Source: Candidatus Levyibacteriota bacterium
Lineage (GTDB): Bacteria > Patescibacteriota > Microgenomatia > Levybacterales > UBA12049
Assembly (NCBI GenBank): GCA_052034235.1
Contig: JBPOIT010000010.1
Location: forward strand, 1-63,932
Length of the DNA stretch: 63,932 nt
Reading direction: 5' to 3'
Shown here: positions 7,910 through 17,532 of the stretch, piece after piece
Layout of the letters: the number at the start of each line of letters is the position of its first letter
Position numbering within the stretch: the stretch's first letter is position 1
Translations under genes and position numbers: made by a program
The notes under the pieces: model-generated
What the model saw: only the letters and a program-made list of their open reading frames with translations
Told to the model about the DNA's origin: nothing
Database searches by the model: none

Positions 7910-9655
7910 ATGCCACATGGAAAATTTGAAGATGAGTATTCATTCTATGACCTCTTTAGACCACTAACCACAAAAAAAGCAATCATATTCATTATCAGCA
8001 TGGGGTTTTTCGTTTTTTTTAACGCGCTCTTTAATGGTTTTGTCTGGGATGATTTGCCATATATTATCTTGAATCCCGAAACTCATACAGTTAATCTCGC
8101 TCGAGCATTCGGTGAGAATGTTTATAACGGTAATGGTTATTATCGTCCACTTCAGCCACTTTATTTTGCATCTGTTTATACTCTTTTTAGGGAAACTGCG
8201 TTTTTTTATCATCTCCTGCAAATTTCATTACATATTATATCCGCGATACTGGTCTTTCATCTTTTTAAAAAGTTTTTGGCTATACCAATTGCTTTTGTCC
8301 TCGCAGTTATTTTTCTGATTCATCCTATGCAGGTAGAATCAGTTGCGTATATCGCAGCATCAGGATTTCAGATATTTTTTATATGTGGCATGCTGGCCCT
8401 TCTCATGAGCTTGAAAAAACATATCAATAAAAAAGATAGTGTTTTTATTGGATTACTTTTATTGCTCTCACTGCTTACACGAGAAACAGCAATTCTCTTT
8501 TTTATCCTTATACCTCTTTTTCAACTCCTTTATGGGAGAAAAAGAATACTGCTACTCATTTCTATCAATGTTGTTGTCGTCGGTATCTATTCATTCATCC
8601 GTTTTGGCATATTTCATTCAATGCTCGAGCGAAATAGTCATTATCCCATTGCACAGCTTGGGTTTTGGGAACGTCTCATCTCGATCCCCAATATCATTTA
8701 CTATTACATCAAAACACTCATTTTTCCGTCAGAACTTGCGATTAATCAACACTGGACAGTCACCACCCATAATCTCACAACATTTTACATCCCGTTAGTT
8801 ATTGATATTTTTGTCTTAAGTGCCTGGTTATATGGTGGATATTATCTCTATACAAAAAAAAGAAGTGACTTTACCATTTTTCTAGTCTTTTCCTTGTGGA
8901 TATTTTTTGGCTTTGCAATGCTTATGCAAATTGTCCCACTTGATATGACAGTTGCAGAACGGTGGGTATATTTTCCGCTTGTAGGAATATTGGGCGTGTT
9001 AGGCGTCCTTTATCAACGTACAAAAATAAAAAGCGATAGACTTAAAAAACTTAGTATTTTTTTACTTGTCGCGCTTATCGTATTCTTTTCAATAAGAACA
9101 ATGGTACGAAATGCAAATTGGTATAGTCCGTTAACACTGTTTTCTCATGACATAACAGTCGAACAGAATTATGATTTGGAAAATATGCTAGGTACTGAAC
9201 TTGCCCGTCAAAATAGAGACCAGGAAGCGTTACCACATCTATTAAATGCACATAAGATGAGTCTGCAGGATTCAAACGTCATGAATATTGGTCTGGTTTA
9301 CGAAAAATTAGGCCATATTGAAAAGGCAAAACTGTATTACGAGCGTGTTATTACAGCGAAAGATATGCAGGTGAGAGATGAGGTCATGGCTAATGCGTAT
9401 ACGGCACTTGCAAGAGTGCTGATGACTCATGGGACTGATTATCAGTATAACAAGAACTTTTTTACTACAGCAGTTAAAAAGTATCCTGAAAATGCAACAT
9501 TTTGGTCATATCTTGCAATTACGCACTATCAATTAAAGAATCAAACAGAAGCGCTTATTGCCGCTGAAAAAGCAAAGTCGCTCATGCCGAATTCATCGAC
9601 TGAGCTTTTATACAACCGGATTAAGAACAAAGAGCCGCTCAAATTGCAAAAATAA
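7910..9655 (+). CDS. Polytopic GT-C type glycosyltransferase (PMT_2/TMTC-like) with C-terminal TPR repeats
   Basis: There are about 10 predicted TM helices with an early DD-type loop (VWDDLPYI), typical of ArnT/PMT-like enzymes. TPR-like repeats follow (GLVYEKLGHIEKAKLYYERVI; YLAITHYQLKNQTEALIAAEKA). Confidence 0.6.
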   Translation: MPHGKFEDEYSFYDLFRPLTTKKAIIFIISMGFFVFFNALFNGFVWDDLPYIILNPETHTVNLARAFGENVYNGNGYYRPLQPLYFASVYTLFRETAFFYHLLQISLHIISAILVFHLFKKFLAIPIAFVLAVIFLIHPMQVESVAYIAASGFQIFFICGMLALLMSLKKHINKKDSVFIGLLLLLSLLTRETAILFFILIPLFQLLYGRKRILLLISINVVVVGIYSFIRFGIFHSMLERNSHYPIAQLGFWERLISIPNIIYYYIKTLIFPSELAINQHWTVTTHNLTTFYIPLVIDIFVLSAWLYGGYYLYTKKRSDFTIFLVFSLWIFFGFAMLMQIVPLDMTVAERWVYFPLVGILGVLGVLYQRTKIKSDRLKKLSIFLLVALIVFFSIRTMVRNANWYSPLTLFSHDITVEQNYDLENMLGTELARQNRDQEALPHLLNAHKMSLQDSNVMNIGLVYEKLGHIEKAKLYYERVITAKDMQVRDEVMANAYTALARVLMTHGTDYQYNKNFFTTAVKKYPENATFWSYLAITHYQLKNQTEALIAAEKAKSLMPNSSTELLYNRIKNKEPLKLQK

Positions 9656-9698
9656 CGACAGCAGTTTAAGTAATAAATTGTAAATTCAACCTAATTTC

Positions 9699-9706
9699 TG
9701 TAATAT
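9699..9706 (+). promoter_or_regulatory. Candidate -10 element (TG-TAATAT) 6 nt upstream of ATG 9713
   Basis: The sequence reads TGTAATAT AGATAT ATG, spacing that predicts a leaderless transcript. Confidence 0.4.
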
Positions 9707-9712
9707 AGATAT

Positions 9713-11056
9713 ATGGATCCGACTGCCCAACAGCCTTCCTCTTCTGATGGAGGACAACCACAACAACCTGCTCAGCCAGCACCAAATCCTGAAGAACAGG
9801 CAGCCGCAGCCCGTGGTGATATCCCCATGCCAGTAACTTCAAGCCAGCAAGTCGTCCAACAAGCTGAGAGTTTAGACATTACAAAAATGAACGAAGTGAA
9901 TAATGCACAAACACTCAATAATGATAAAACCTCACTAGAAGTTGCAGGAGCATCGGCTGCTACTCCGGGAGTTGTATCGCCGAATGATCATGGCAAATCT
10001 TCAGATCAGATCCGTGTACTTGGTGAAAAAATTGAACAAGCTCCAATTCCTGCAGAATTTAAAGAGGAACTGCTTGAGCGTATTGCACGTCTGGGCATGA
10101 TTCGTTCAAGTGCTGGCTTTTTGAGTTCGACATATATTATGGAATATGAAGCAACTGAACGATTTGTTGATTGGGTTGTGCAAATGCCTTGGAACCAAAA
10201 AAGTGAAGATCTTCTTGATATGAAACGCGCGAAAGAAATTATGGATAAAAACCATTACGGACTCGAGCCATTAAAAACTCGTGTTTTGGAATATATTGCA
10301 ACGATTATGTTGAATATCAAAAATTTTGGTAATGTTGAAAATACCATTAAATCGCCGATTCTTTGTGTTGTCGGTCTTGCGGGTACAGGAAAAACAACGT
10401 TTGCCAAATCGCTTGCCGAAGCTTTGGGGCGGTCATTTGAACGTATCCCTTTTGGAGGAATGGCAGATTCTCGGGTACTTCGTGGTCAATCACGATATTT
10501 CCCTGATGCAGAGCCGGGGCAAATCATCAAACGTATGGCTCATGCAAAATCAAGTAATCCGGTCATCTGTCTTGATGAGCTTGATCGTGTGACAGATACT
10601 GCTCGTGCTGATATTATGGGTGTTTTGATTGAAATTCTCGATCCTGAACAAAATGCCAAGTTTACGGATCATTATATCGATTATCCGTTCAGTTTGCAGA
10701 ATGCCCTTTTTATCGCAACAGCAAATAATGTTTCGAGTGTCGCAACAGCGGTTTTAGACCGTATCGAAATTATTCATATGCCGTCATACAATGACACTGA
10801 AAAAATCGTTATTGGCCGTGATTATGTGCTTCCTAAGACAATGCAGCTGACAGGTCTTCTCCCTGAGCAACTGATTATTGATAATGATGTGTGGGAACCG
10901 CTCGTGCGTCCTCTGGGATACGATCCTGGTATTCGTGGACTCGACCGTTTAATTACCACTATTTGCCGTAAATCAGCCACAAAAATTATTACTGGTGAGG
11001 CAAGTACGGTGAAAGTAACAAACGATAATGTCAAACAATTCCTCGCAGAATGGTAA
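9713..11056 (+). CDS. Lon-family AAA+ ATPase module without protease domain
   Basis: The protein is collinear with E. coli Lon residues ~300-585: WVVQMPWN, HYGLEPLKTRVLEYI, Walker A GLAGTGKT, Walker B VICLDELD, LDPEQN.F.DHY, ATAN, LDRIEII and GIRGL. It ends where the Ser-Lys protease domain would begin. The N-terminal ~100 aa are low-complexity. Confidence 0.75.
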   Translation: MDPTAQQPSSSDGGQPQQPAQPAPNPEEQAAAARGDIPMPVTSSQQVVQQAESLDITKMNEVNNAQTLNNDKTSLEVAGASAATPGVVSPNDHGKSSDQIRVLGEKIEQAPIPAEFKEELLERIARLGMIRSSAGFLSSTYIMEYEATERFVDWVVQMPWNQKSEDLLDMKRAKEIMDKNHYGLEPLKTRVLEYIATIMLNIKNFGNVENTIKSPILCVVGLAGTGKTTFAKSLAEALGRSFERIPFGGMADSRVLRGQSRYFPDAEPGQIIKRMAHAKSSNPVICLDELDRVTDTARADIMGVLIEILDPEQNAKFTDHYIDYPFSLQNALFIATANNVSSVATAVLDRIEIIHMPSYNDTEKIVIGRDYVLPKTMQLTGLLPEQLIIDNDVWEPLVRPLGYDPGIRGLDRLITTICRKSATKIITGEASTVKVTNDNVKQFLAEW

Positions 11057-11099
11057 GCTCCACAGTATAATTCTGTGATATACTATAACATATTAATTC

Positions 11100-12803
11100 A
11101 TGAATGAACAAAAACCTTTGAAGCCACAAATAGCCCCACAAAATGCCGTCACGTTTGTCTCCTTAGGAGGCCTTGAGGATGTGACCCGCAATATGTATCT
11201 GTATGAATATAAAAATCAGATACTCATTGTTGATTGTGGGCTAGGATTTCCAGATGAAACCATGCTAGGTGTAGATCTTTTACTCCCGGATATCTCTTAT
11301 TTGCTTGATGAAATCAGTAAAGGTGGCAAACATATTGTCGGCATGATACTTTCACATGGCCATGAAGATCACATTGGCGGATTGCCGTTTATTCTGCCTC
11401 AGCTCCCGGAATTTCCAATTTATGCGAGTCCATTTACGGCAGCACTCGCAAACGAAAAGCTTATAGAGTTTCATTTGCAGCCTTCAATTAACGTCGTTAA
11501 CTTTGTTGACAGCGCAGTTCAGATTGGAGATTTCACCGTTTCCTTACTACGTGTAACGCACTCAGTGCCTGATAGTACGAATATTTATATCAAAACACCG
11601 GCCGGAAATTTTTATCATGGAAGTGATTATAAAATTGATCTCACACCAGCAGACGGAAAGCGCTCAGATTTTCTTAAAATGGCAAAAGCAGCAGAAGAAG
11701 GACTTTTGGCGCTGATGTCGGATTCACTTGGATCTGATAGGCCAGGACACACACTATCTGAGGCAAATTTGGGTGATAATTTTGAGCGAGAAATGCGTGA
11801 ATGCGCTGGAAAAGTATTTGTGACGACCTATTCTTCAAATATCTCACGTATGAACCAAATAATACAGGCTGCCGAGCGAACGGGTCGGAGAGTGTGTTTT
11901 GTAGGTAGATCTGTTTTGAAAGTGAAACAAATAGGTGAGCGAATGGGATATCTGCACATCCGTAAAGGAACTGAAGTAATGCTTCCTGATTTACAAAAGA
12001 TAAAAAGCAAGCATTTAGTACTCATTGTTGCTGGCAGTCAGGGACAGGAAAATTCTGCTATGACGAGAATTGCAAATGGAGAGCACAAAGATGTGCGCAT
12101 TGATCCGCTTGATGCAGTTATTTTTTCATCAGACGCAATCCCAGGTAATGAAGTCTCAATAAACGAGCTCATAGACACGATCTCAAAAAGAGGTGCGAAA
12201 GTGCTCGGTTCAGATTGGTCACACACATTTCACGTTTCAGGTCACGGCTCAAGCGGCGATCATATGCTTCTTATTGCCCTTACCAAACCTAAATATTTAG
12301 TTCCAATCAGTGGAACCTATCGCCATATGGTGGCGTATCGCGCAATTGCACAAAAGATGGGCTATTCCCGTAAAGAAACATTTCTCGTTGAAAATGGTCA
12401 GCCCCTGATACTTTCAAAAAGTGGTGTGACGTATGGTAAATCATTTCCAGTAAAAAATGTGTTTGTTGATGCTGTTTCTGGAGAAGAAGTAGAAAGTTAT
12501 GTCGTAAGAGATAGAGAGCGTTTAGGAAAAGAAGGGGTTGTCCTGGTACTTGTTGAGGTCAGCTCAAGTGATGGACAATTACTTAATGCTCCAGAAATTG
12601 TGATGCGTGGCTCAGCACTCGGTGATGGTAAAAATCTATCAGAATCACTAAAAACAGAACTCGATAAAGTACTTTCTCAAAATAAACAAACCGTTACGAA
12701 CTGGGTACACATTCGTCGTCAGATCGGCGAGGTCGTCGGCAAACAACTCTACAAAAAATTCAGAACTCGTCCACTCGTATTACCTGTGGTGATTGAGGTA
12801 TAA
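11100..12803 (+). CDS. rnj: Ribonuclease J (metallo-beta-lactamase/beta-CASP)
   Basis: The HGHEDHIGG motif, an N-terminal VSLGGLEDVTRNMYLYEY..ILIVDCG, a beta-CASP region (SGHGSSGDH) and a length of 567 aa all match RNase J. Confidence 0.9.
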   Translation: MNEQKPLKPQIAPQNAVTFVSLGGLEDVTRNMYLYEYKNQILIVDCGLGFPDETMLGVDLLLPDISYLLDEISKGGKHIVGMILSHGHEDHIGGLPFILPQLPEFPIYASPFTAALANEKLIEFHLQPSINVVNFVDSAVQIGDFTVSLLRVTHSVPDSTNIYIKTPAGNFYHGSDYKIDLTPADGKRSDFLKMAKAAEEGLLALMSDSLGSDRPGHTLSEANLGDNFEREMRECAGKVFVTTYSSNISRMNQIIQAAERTGRRVCFVGRSVLKVKQIGERMGYLHIRKGTEVMLPDLQKIKSKHLVLIVAGSQGQENSAMTRIANGEHKDVRIDPLDAVIFSSDAIPGNEVSINELIDTISKRGAKVLGSDWSHTFHVSGHGSSGDHMLLIALTKPKYLVPISGTYRHMVAYRAIAQKMGYSRKETFLVENGQPLILSKSGVTYGKSFPVKNVFVDAVSGEEVESYVVRDRERLGKEGVVLVLVEVSSSDGQLLNAPEIVMRGSALGDGKNLSESLKTELDKVLSQNKQTVTNWVHIRRQIGEVVGKQLYKKFRTRPLVLPVVIEV

Positions 12804-12827
12804 TTTGTCTTCACGGGTTTAAAGTTC

Positions 12828-12833
12828 TATAAT
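12828..12833 (+). promoter_or_regulatory. Candidate -10 (TATAAT) immediately before ftsK
   Basis: The sequence reads TATAAT ATGCCT ATG. The first ATG (12834) abuts the box and the second ATG (12840) is 6 nt downstream, so the real start may be 12840 on a leaderless mRNA. Confidence 0.4.
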
Positions 12834-15002
12834 ATGCCTATGCCCAAACGTCGAGGTGGCGGTGGTCGCCGGAAACCGTTCAAGTTAAAACTGAAGAAAA
12901 AAACTGTCTACAATATTTTTGGGATCAGTTTTTTACTTGCAGGTGTTTTTCTTCTTCTCTCATTTACCCAATCAGGTGAGCAAGCCACAATGTTTAATGC
13001 ACTGCTTCAGGAATATTTTGGCGCTGTGTCGTTTTTCTTCCCGTTTGTCCTCATATTCTTCGGTTTCATGTTCATGCATTTGAAAATGTATTTGTCCAGG
13101 TTGAACGTGACTGTTGGCTATATTCTTCTGTTTGTTTCTCTACTGGCAATCACAAAAAGTGGGTCACTGGGAAGCGGCTTATTTACCGTCCTTGAAGAAA
13201 TCCTGACAGTTGCAGGCGCAAATATCGTTTTTATCGGTGGTATTTTTGTAGGTATTCTGGTGTTTTTTGATACATCACTTGATGAGATTTTAGATGGTTT
13301 CCGTGCCACAATGGGCGGGCTGAACAAACTAATTCCTTATAAACTCTTTTCTTCATTCAAACGCGAAAAGGAGCCGCTTATTAATCATGGTAAACAAATG
13401 ACCATAAAGGGAGGGGATAGAAAAGATGATGAGGTAATGATTCCTGCAAAAGCAGTTGCGACACCACCACCTCCTCCTCCTGCTAAAAAAGACGCAAAAC
13501 TTTTGCCTGAGGTTTTAGTCGCCAATAGCGTTGCTGGTATTATACCCGGCGTTTGGGAATATCCACCATTATCTATGCTTGAAGAAGCACCGGGTAAAAA
13601 AGCTGAACGCGGTGATATTAAAGTGACAGCCAGTGTCATTGAGAAGACGCTCAAGAGCTTTAATGTCGATGCACGGGTAGCTGAAGTGAATCTTGGTCCA
13701 GCGGTTACGCAGTACGCATTGGAGATTGCCCTTGGTACCAAGGTATCAAAGATAACATCACTTGCTACCAATTTGGCGCTCGCAACAGAAGCTCCAGGTG
13801 GACAGATTCGTATAGAAGCACCTATTCCTGGCCGAAATTTAGTTGGTATAGAAATTCCTAACAGATCACTTGAAGTTGTTACCTTGCGTACCATGCTTGC
13901 ATCAAATGTCATGCAAAAAGCAAAATCTAAGCTAACGGTTGCTCTTGGGCTTGATGTGTCTGGAAGCCCTGTTGCCGTTGATCTTGCGAAAATGCCTCAC
14001 GTTTTGGTCGCTGGTACAACTGGTTCAGGTAAATCCGTTCTTATCAATGCCTTCATTTCATCTTTGTTATTCCGTGCTTCTCCACAGGAAGTCAGACTGA
14101 TTCTTATTGATCCGAAACGTGTTGAGTTCACCGTCTACAACGGGATTCCGCATCTTTTGACGCCGGTTATCGTTGAAAACGAAAAAATCCTTTCGGCTCT
14201 TAAATGGGCGGTCAATGAGATGGATAAGCGCTATAAAATTTTTGCCGAACGGGGAGTGCGAAATATCGATGCATATAATGAGCTTTCAGGTTTTCAAGCA
14301 TTACCTTATATTGTCGTTGTTATTGATGAACTTGCTGATCTTATGATGTTTGCTCCCGTTGATGTTGAAGACGCTATCGCTCGTTTGGCGCAAATGGCGC
14401 GTGCAACAGGTATCCATTTAGTCATTGCGACGCAGCGTCCATCGGTTAATGTTATTACCGGTTTGATTAAAGCCAATATTCCATGCAGAATTGCTTTTAA
14501 TGTGTCATCGATGATTGACTCTCGTGTTATTTTGGATTCACCTGGTGCTGAAAAACTGCTGGGTCGTGGAGATATGTTGTATGTCCCGCCAGATTCAGCA
14601 AAACCTAGTCGTATTCAAGGCGCGTACATCGAGAAAGAGACAAAAAAACTTGTTGAATTCTTGAAGTCACGTAATTTCCCCGTTGAATATACAGAAGAAG
14701 TTATCAATCAGCCTCTACCTCTTAAAAAGGGTGCAGGTGGTGGGACTTCATCATCAGGTAGTGATGGTAAGGACGGACAAATTGATGAAGCAGTCAGGCT
14801 TGTTGCGCAGTTTAATACCGCATCCGCTTCATTTTTACAGCGTAAAATGTCAGTAGGTTACGCAAGAGCTGCTCGCATACTTGATCAACTTGAAGAATTA
14901 GGGATTGTCGGACCTGCAGAAGGAGCAAAGCCCCGTGACGTGCTAATTCAAAACGCGCAGGCCTATTTACAGGGACAGCAAGAAGGTCAGCAAGAAATTT
15001 AA
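12834..15002 (+). CDS. ftsK: DNA translocase FtsK/SpoIIIE
   Basis: N-terminal TM helices and a PPPPPP linker are followed by the motor domain (HVLVAGTTGSGKS, VVVIDELADLMM, IHLVIATQRPS) and a C-terminal gamma winged helix (ASASFLQRKMSVGYARAARILDQLEELGIVG). An alternative start is 12840. Confidence 0.9.
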   Translation: MPMPKRRGGGGRRKPFKLKLKKKTVYNIFGISFLLAGVFLLLSFTQSGEQATMFNALLQEYFGAVSFFFPFVLIFFGFMFMHLKMYLSRLNVTVGYILLFVSLLAITKSGSLGSGLFTVLEEILTVAGANIVFIGGIFVGILVFFDTSLDEILDGFRATMGGLNKLIPYKLFSSFKREKEPLINHGKQMTIKGGDRKDDEVMIPAKAVATPPPPPPAKKDAKLLPEVLVANSVAGIIPGVWEYPPLSMLEEAPGKKAERGDIKVTASVIEKTLKSFNVDARVAEVNLGPAVTQYALEIALGTKVSKITSLATNLALATEAPGGQIRIEAPIPGRNLVGIEIPNRSLEVVTLRTMLASNVMQKAKSKLTVALGLDVSGSPVAVDLAKMPHVLVAGTTGSGKSVLINAFISSLLFRASPQEVRLILIDPKRVEFTVYNGIPHLLTPVIVENEKILSALKWAVNEMDKRYKIFAERGVRNIDAYNELSGFQALPYIVVVIDELADLMMFAPVDVEDAIARLAQMARATGIHLVIATQRPSVNVITGLIKANIPCRIAFNVSSMIDSRVILDSPGAEKLLGRGDMLYVPPDSAKPSRIQGAYIEKETKKLVEFLKSRNFPVEYTEEVINQPLPLKKGAGGGTSSSGSDGKDGQIDEAVRLVAQFNTASASFLQRKMSVGYARAARILDQLEELGIVGPAEGAKPRDVLIQNAQAYLQGQQEGQQEI

Positions 15003-15008
15003 ATAGCT

Positions 15009-15037
15009 GCATGTAAATGACCTCTACATGCTTTTTT
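15009..15037 (+). terminator. Intrinsic terminator after ftsK
   Basis: GCATGTA (15009-15015) pairs perfectly with TACATGC (15025-15031) across a 9-nt loop, and TTTTTT follows at 15032-15037. Confidence 0.7.
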
Positions 15038-15070
15038 AAGCTTAATGCTGTATACTTCATACTTAATACT

Positions 15071-15700
15071 ATGGTTAGGGTTGGGCAGCGGCTTCATAAA
15101 GAACGTTTGGCAAAAAAATTAAGCCTCGAAGATATCGCAAAAGCTACAAGAATAAAGCCGAGATTTCTTGCTGCGATTGAAAAAGGGGAATACAATAAAC
15201 TCCCATCTCCTGCTTATGCTCAGGGTTTCGTTCGAAATTACGCCGCATATCTCGGACTTCCAAAGACAGAAATAACCGCTCTTTTCAGACGTGAGTTTGA
15301 TGAAAAAAAAGCGTATCAGGTACTCCCTGATACACTAACAAAAACTCAGGAATTTCCCCTTCGTCGTATACGAGTGCAGGAATCAATCATTTTTCTCGTT
15401 GTCATCTTTCTTCTTTTTCTCACGTTTTTAGTATACCAGTATCGGTTTATTATTATGGCTCCGTCCTTGACCATCTCATCGCCAGTCCCGGGTGCTGTGA
15501 CGTCTGAAGAAGTCACAGTTTCGGGAAAGACTGATAGTAATGCTACCGTTTTTGTAAATAACGAACCGGTTTCGCTTAATAGTAAGGGAGAATTTACGAA
15601 ACAATTATCACTTTTCTCCGGCAAAACCGCAATTACTGTTAAGGCCAAAAATAGAATGGGCAAAGAAACAATTGTGCAGCGGGAGATTACCGTAAAATAG
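15071..15700 (+). CDS. RodZ-like HTH (XRE-type) membrane protein
   Basis: VGQRLHKERLAKKLSLEDIAKATRIKPRFLAAIEKGEYNKLPSPAYAQGFVRNYAAYLGL is the RodZ N-terminal signature. One TM helix and an Ig-like C-terminal domain follow. The ORF-track start 15017 lies inside the ftsK terminator, so ATG 15071 is preferred. Confidence 0.7.
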   Translation: MVRVGQRLHKERLAKKLSLEDIAKATRIKPRFLAAIEKGEYNKLPSPAYAQGFVRNYAAYLGLPKTEITALFRREFDEKKAYQVLPDTLTKTQEFPLRRIRVQESIIFLVVIFLLFLTFLVYQYRFIIMAPSLTISSPVPGAVTSEEVTVSGKTDSNATVFVNNEPVSLNSKGEFTKQLSLFSGKTAITVKAKNRMGKETIVQREITVK

Positions 15701-15734
15701 AACTGTTACAAGAGTTATCTTACTATTCTCTAAC

Positions 15735-15763
15735 TTGACACCGGCAGGTTGTTTAGGTAATGT
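15735..15763 (+). promoter_or_regulatory. Candidate promoter TTGACA-17 nt-TAATGT
   Basis: TTGACA at 15735-15740 is the ORF-track TTG start. TAATGT at 15758-15763 is 7 nt before ATG 15771. Confidence 0.5.
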
Positions 15764-15770
15764 AGAGTAT

Positions 15771-16070
15771 ATGGTCGATTCTGTCCAACTCGTCCTTCTT
15801 ATTGTTATCATCGTCCTTACGGGACTGCTTGTTATTCTGGGAATTCAAGTGTTCTATATCCTTAAGGAACTTCGTACAACGCTGAAAAAAACAAATAGAG
15901 TTCTTGATAATGCTGATTCCATTACCTCTAACATAGAAGGCCCGCTTTCGGCTCTTTCTTCACTTGCAATAGGTACAAAAGCAACGTCTCTTTTCGCAGT
16001 TGCCAAATTTGTCAAAAGTGTTTTAAGTAAAGATAAAGACACAGACGAGAGAAAAAAAGAAAGAGAGTAA
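15771..16070 (+). CDS. Small N-terminally anchored membrane protein, DUF948/YtxG-like
   Basis: One N-terminal TM helix (VQLVLLIVIIVLTGLLVILGIQVFYIL) is followed by a helical region (LRTTLKKTNRVLDNADSITSNIEG). It precedes a YtxH-like gene, mirroring B. subtilis ytxG-ytxH. The family call is from memory only. Confidence 0.45.
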   Translation: MVDSVQLVLLIVIIVLTGLLVILGIQVFYILKELRTTLKKTNRVLDNADSITSNIEGPLSALSSLAIGTKATSLFAVAKFVKSVLSKDKDTDERKKERE

Positions 16071-16084
16071 TTCCCCCTTTATTT

Positions 16085-16573
16085 ATGGATCAAAATAATA
16101 ATCATCAGGGAAATAGTAACGGTTTCCTCGCCGGCGTTATTGTAGGTGTTGTTATTACCTTATTGTTCACGACAAAGAAAGGGCGGGAAATATTTAAAGA
16201 AACAATCGATAAAGCGCTGGATAAGTTTAACGACCTCCAGGAGAAAGTTGAAGAAAAAATTGATGAATCAGTTGAGTTTGAAGACGAAGAGGCTGATGGC
16301 AGTGACTATGTAAAACCAGAACCTACTCCAAAGGAACCAGTAAAAGAAGTCCGCTACATTGCAAAAGAAACGCCTGTTGAACCCGTTGTTGTTGAAGAAG
16401 AACAAGTTGTTGAAGCACCGAAAGAAGAGCCCGTAAAAGAAAAACATCATGTGGAAGAAAAAAAAGAACCAGTAAAGGAAGTAGTGAAAGAACAGCCAGA
16501 AGAAGAAAAAGAAACTGAAGCTCCAAAAAAATCCTCCTCAGTCCGCAAATTCTTTAAATTGAAAAAGAGTTAG
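16085..16573 (+). CDS. YtxH-like membrane-anchored protein with E/K/P/V-rich repetitive tail
   Basis: GFLAGVIVGVVITLLFTTKKGREIFKE is the YtxH-type N-terminus. The remainder is (E/K)PVKE-type low complexity. Confidence 0.5.
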   Translation: MDQNNNHQGNSNGFLAGVIVGVVITLLFTTKKGREIFKETIDKALDKFNDLQEKVEEKIDESVEFEDEEADGSDYVKPEPTPKEPVKEVRYIAKETPVEPVVVEEEQVVEAPKEEPVKEKHHVEEKKEPVKEVVKEQPEEEKETEAPKKSSSVRKFFKLKKS

Positions 16574-17529
16574 AGGCCGTATTTGTCTTTGTTTGCTTCA
16601 TGTTCTTCGTTTGTTCTTGCATAGTGGTTTACTCCGTTACTGTCTGTTAGGTAAAAAATGTAGTCTGATTCGGTCGGATTTACGACTGCTTCTAGTGCTT
16701 TGACACCAGGATTTGCAATCGGCGTGGGTGGTAGGCTAGCTGTTTTATAGGTATTGTAAGCAGAATTAAGTGCTAAGTCGTCAATGGTAAGTCCTTGTTT
16801 CCACCACCGTTGTTCAGCCTCATTATAACCTAAGGCATATTGAATGGTCGCATCAATATCGAGTTTCATGCCGATGTCGTACCGGTTGAGAATAACACCC
16901 GCTACAAGAGGTCTATCTTCATCATGGCGTGCTTCGCGCTCGACCATTGAAGCTATGGTGACTATCTCTTTTGTCGTCAGTGTTGCCTTTCTAGGGCCGT
17001 TGATTTCAGCATATTTCTTGTCAAATGTATCGGTCATGATTTTTATGATTTGATCAATTGTTGCGTCTTTGGGGAAGGAATAGGTATCAGGGAAAAGATA
17101 ACCTTCTTGTTGAATGAGTAATTGCCTCCAACTTGGATCATAAGAGGTAAAGCTTTCTTCTAAAATGTCTGCAATTTCTTCAGCGCGTTTGCCTTCAGGA
17201 ATGGTTACCCGAACATCATGCGTGCCAACTTGTAGCGATTGGACGATTTTTTGCATGTCCATTGAAGGAGAAAGATAGAATTGTCCTGCTTGTATCTTAT
17301 TATCAAGGCCGTTCGTTTTTACCAAAAGAAAAAATGCGACGGTATCTTTTATAAAACCGTCATTCTTCAGATCAGTTGCAATTTCTCTCACACTTTCACC
17401 TTTGTTAATAATAAAGGCTCGTTCCTTTGTGTCTGAAGGATTAACGGCTGACGTGCTGCCGATCCACCAAACAGCGACACCGCCAACAATAAGTAGTATG
17501 AGCACAATTAAAAATGAAATTTTTTTCAT
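16570..17529 (-). CDS. mltG: Endolytic murein transglycosylase MltG (YceG-like)
   Basis: An N-terminal TM anchor is followed by a YceG domain (FLLVKTNGLDNKIQAGQFYL, EGYLFPDTY, ASMVEREA, VILNR, LDIDATIQY, YNTY...LPPTPIANPG). Confidence 0.85.
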   Translation of the reverse strand: MKKISFLIVLILLIVGGVAVWWIGSTSAVNPSDTKERAFIINKGESVREIATDLKNDGFIKDTVAFFLLVKTNGLDNKIQAGQFYLSPSMDMQKIVQSLQVGTHDVRVTIPEGKRAEEIADILEESFTSYDPSWRQLLIQQEGYLFPDTYSFPKDATIDQIIKIMTDTFDKKYAEINGPRKATLTTKEIVTIASMVEREARHDEDRPLVAGVILNRYDIGMKLDIDATIQYALGYNEAEQRWWKQGLTIDDLALNSAYNTYKTASLPPTPIANPGVKALEAVVNPTESDYIFYLTDSNGVNHYARTNEEHEANKDKYGL

Positions 17530-17532
17530 AAT

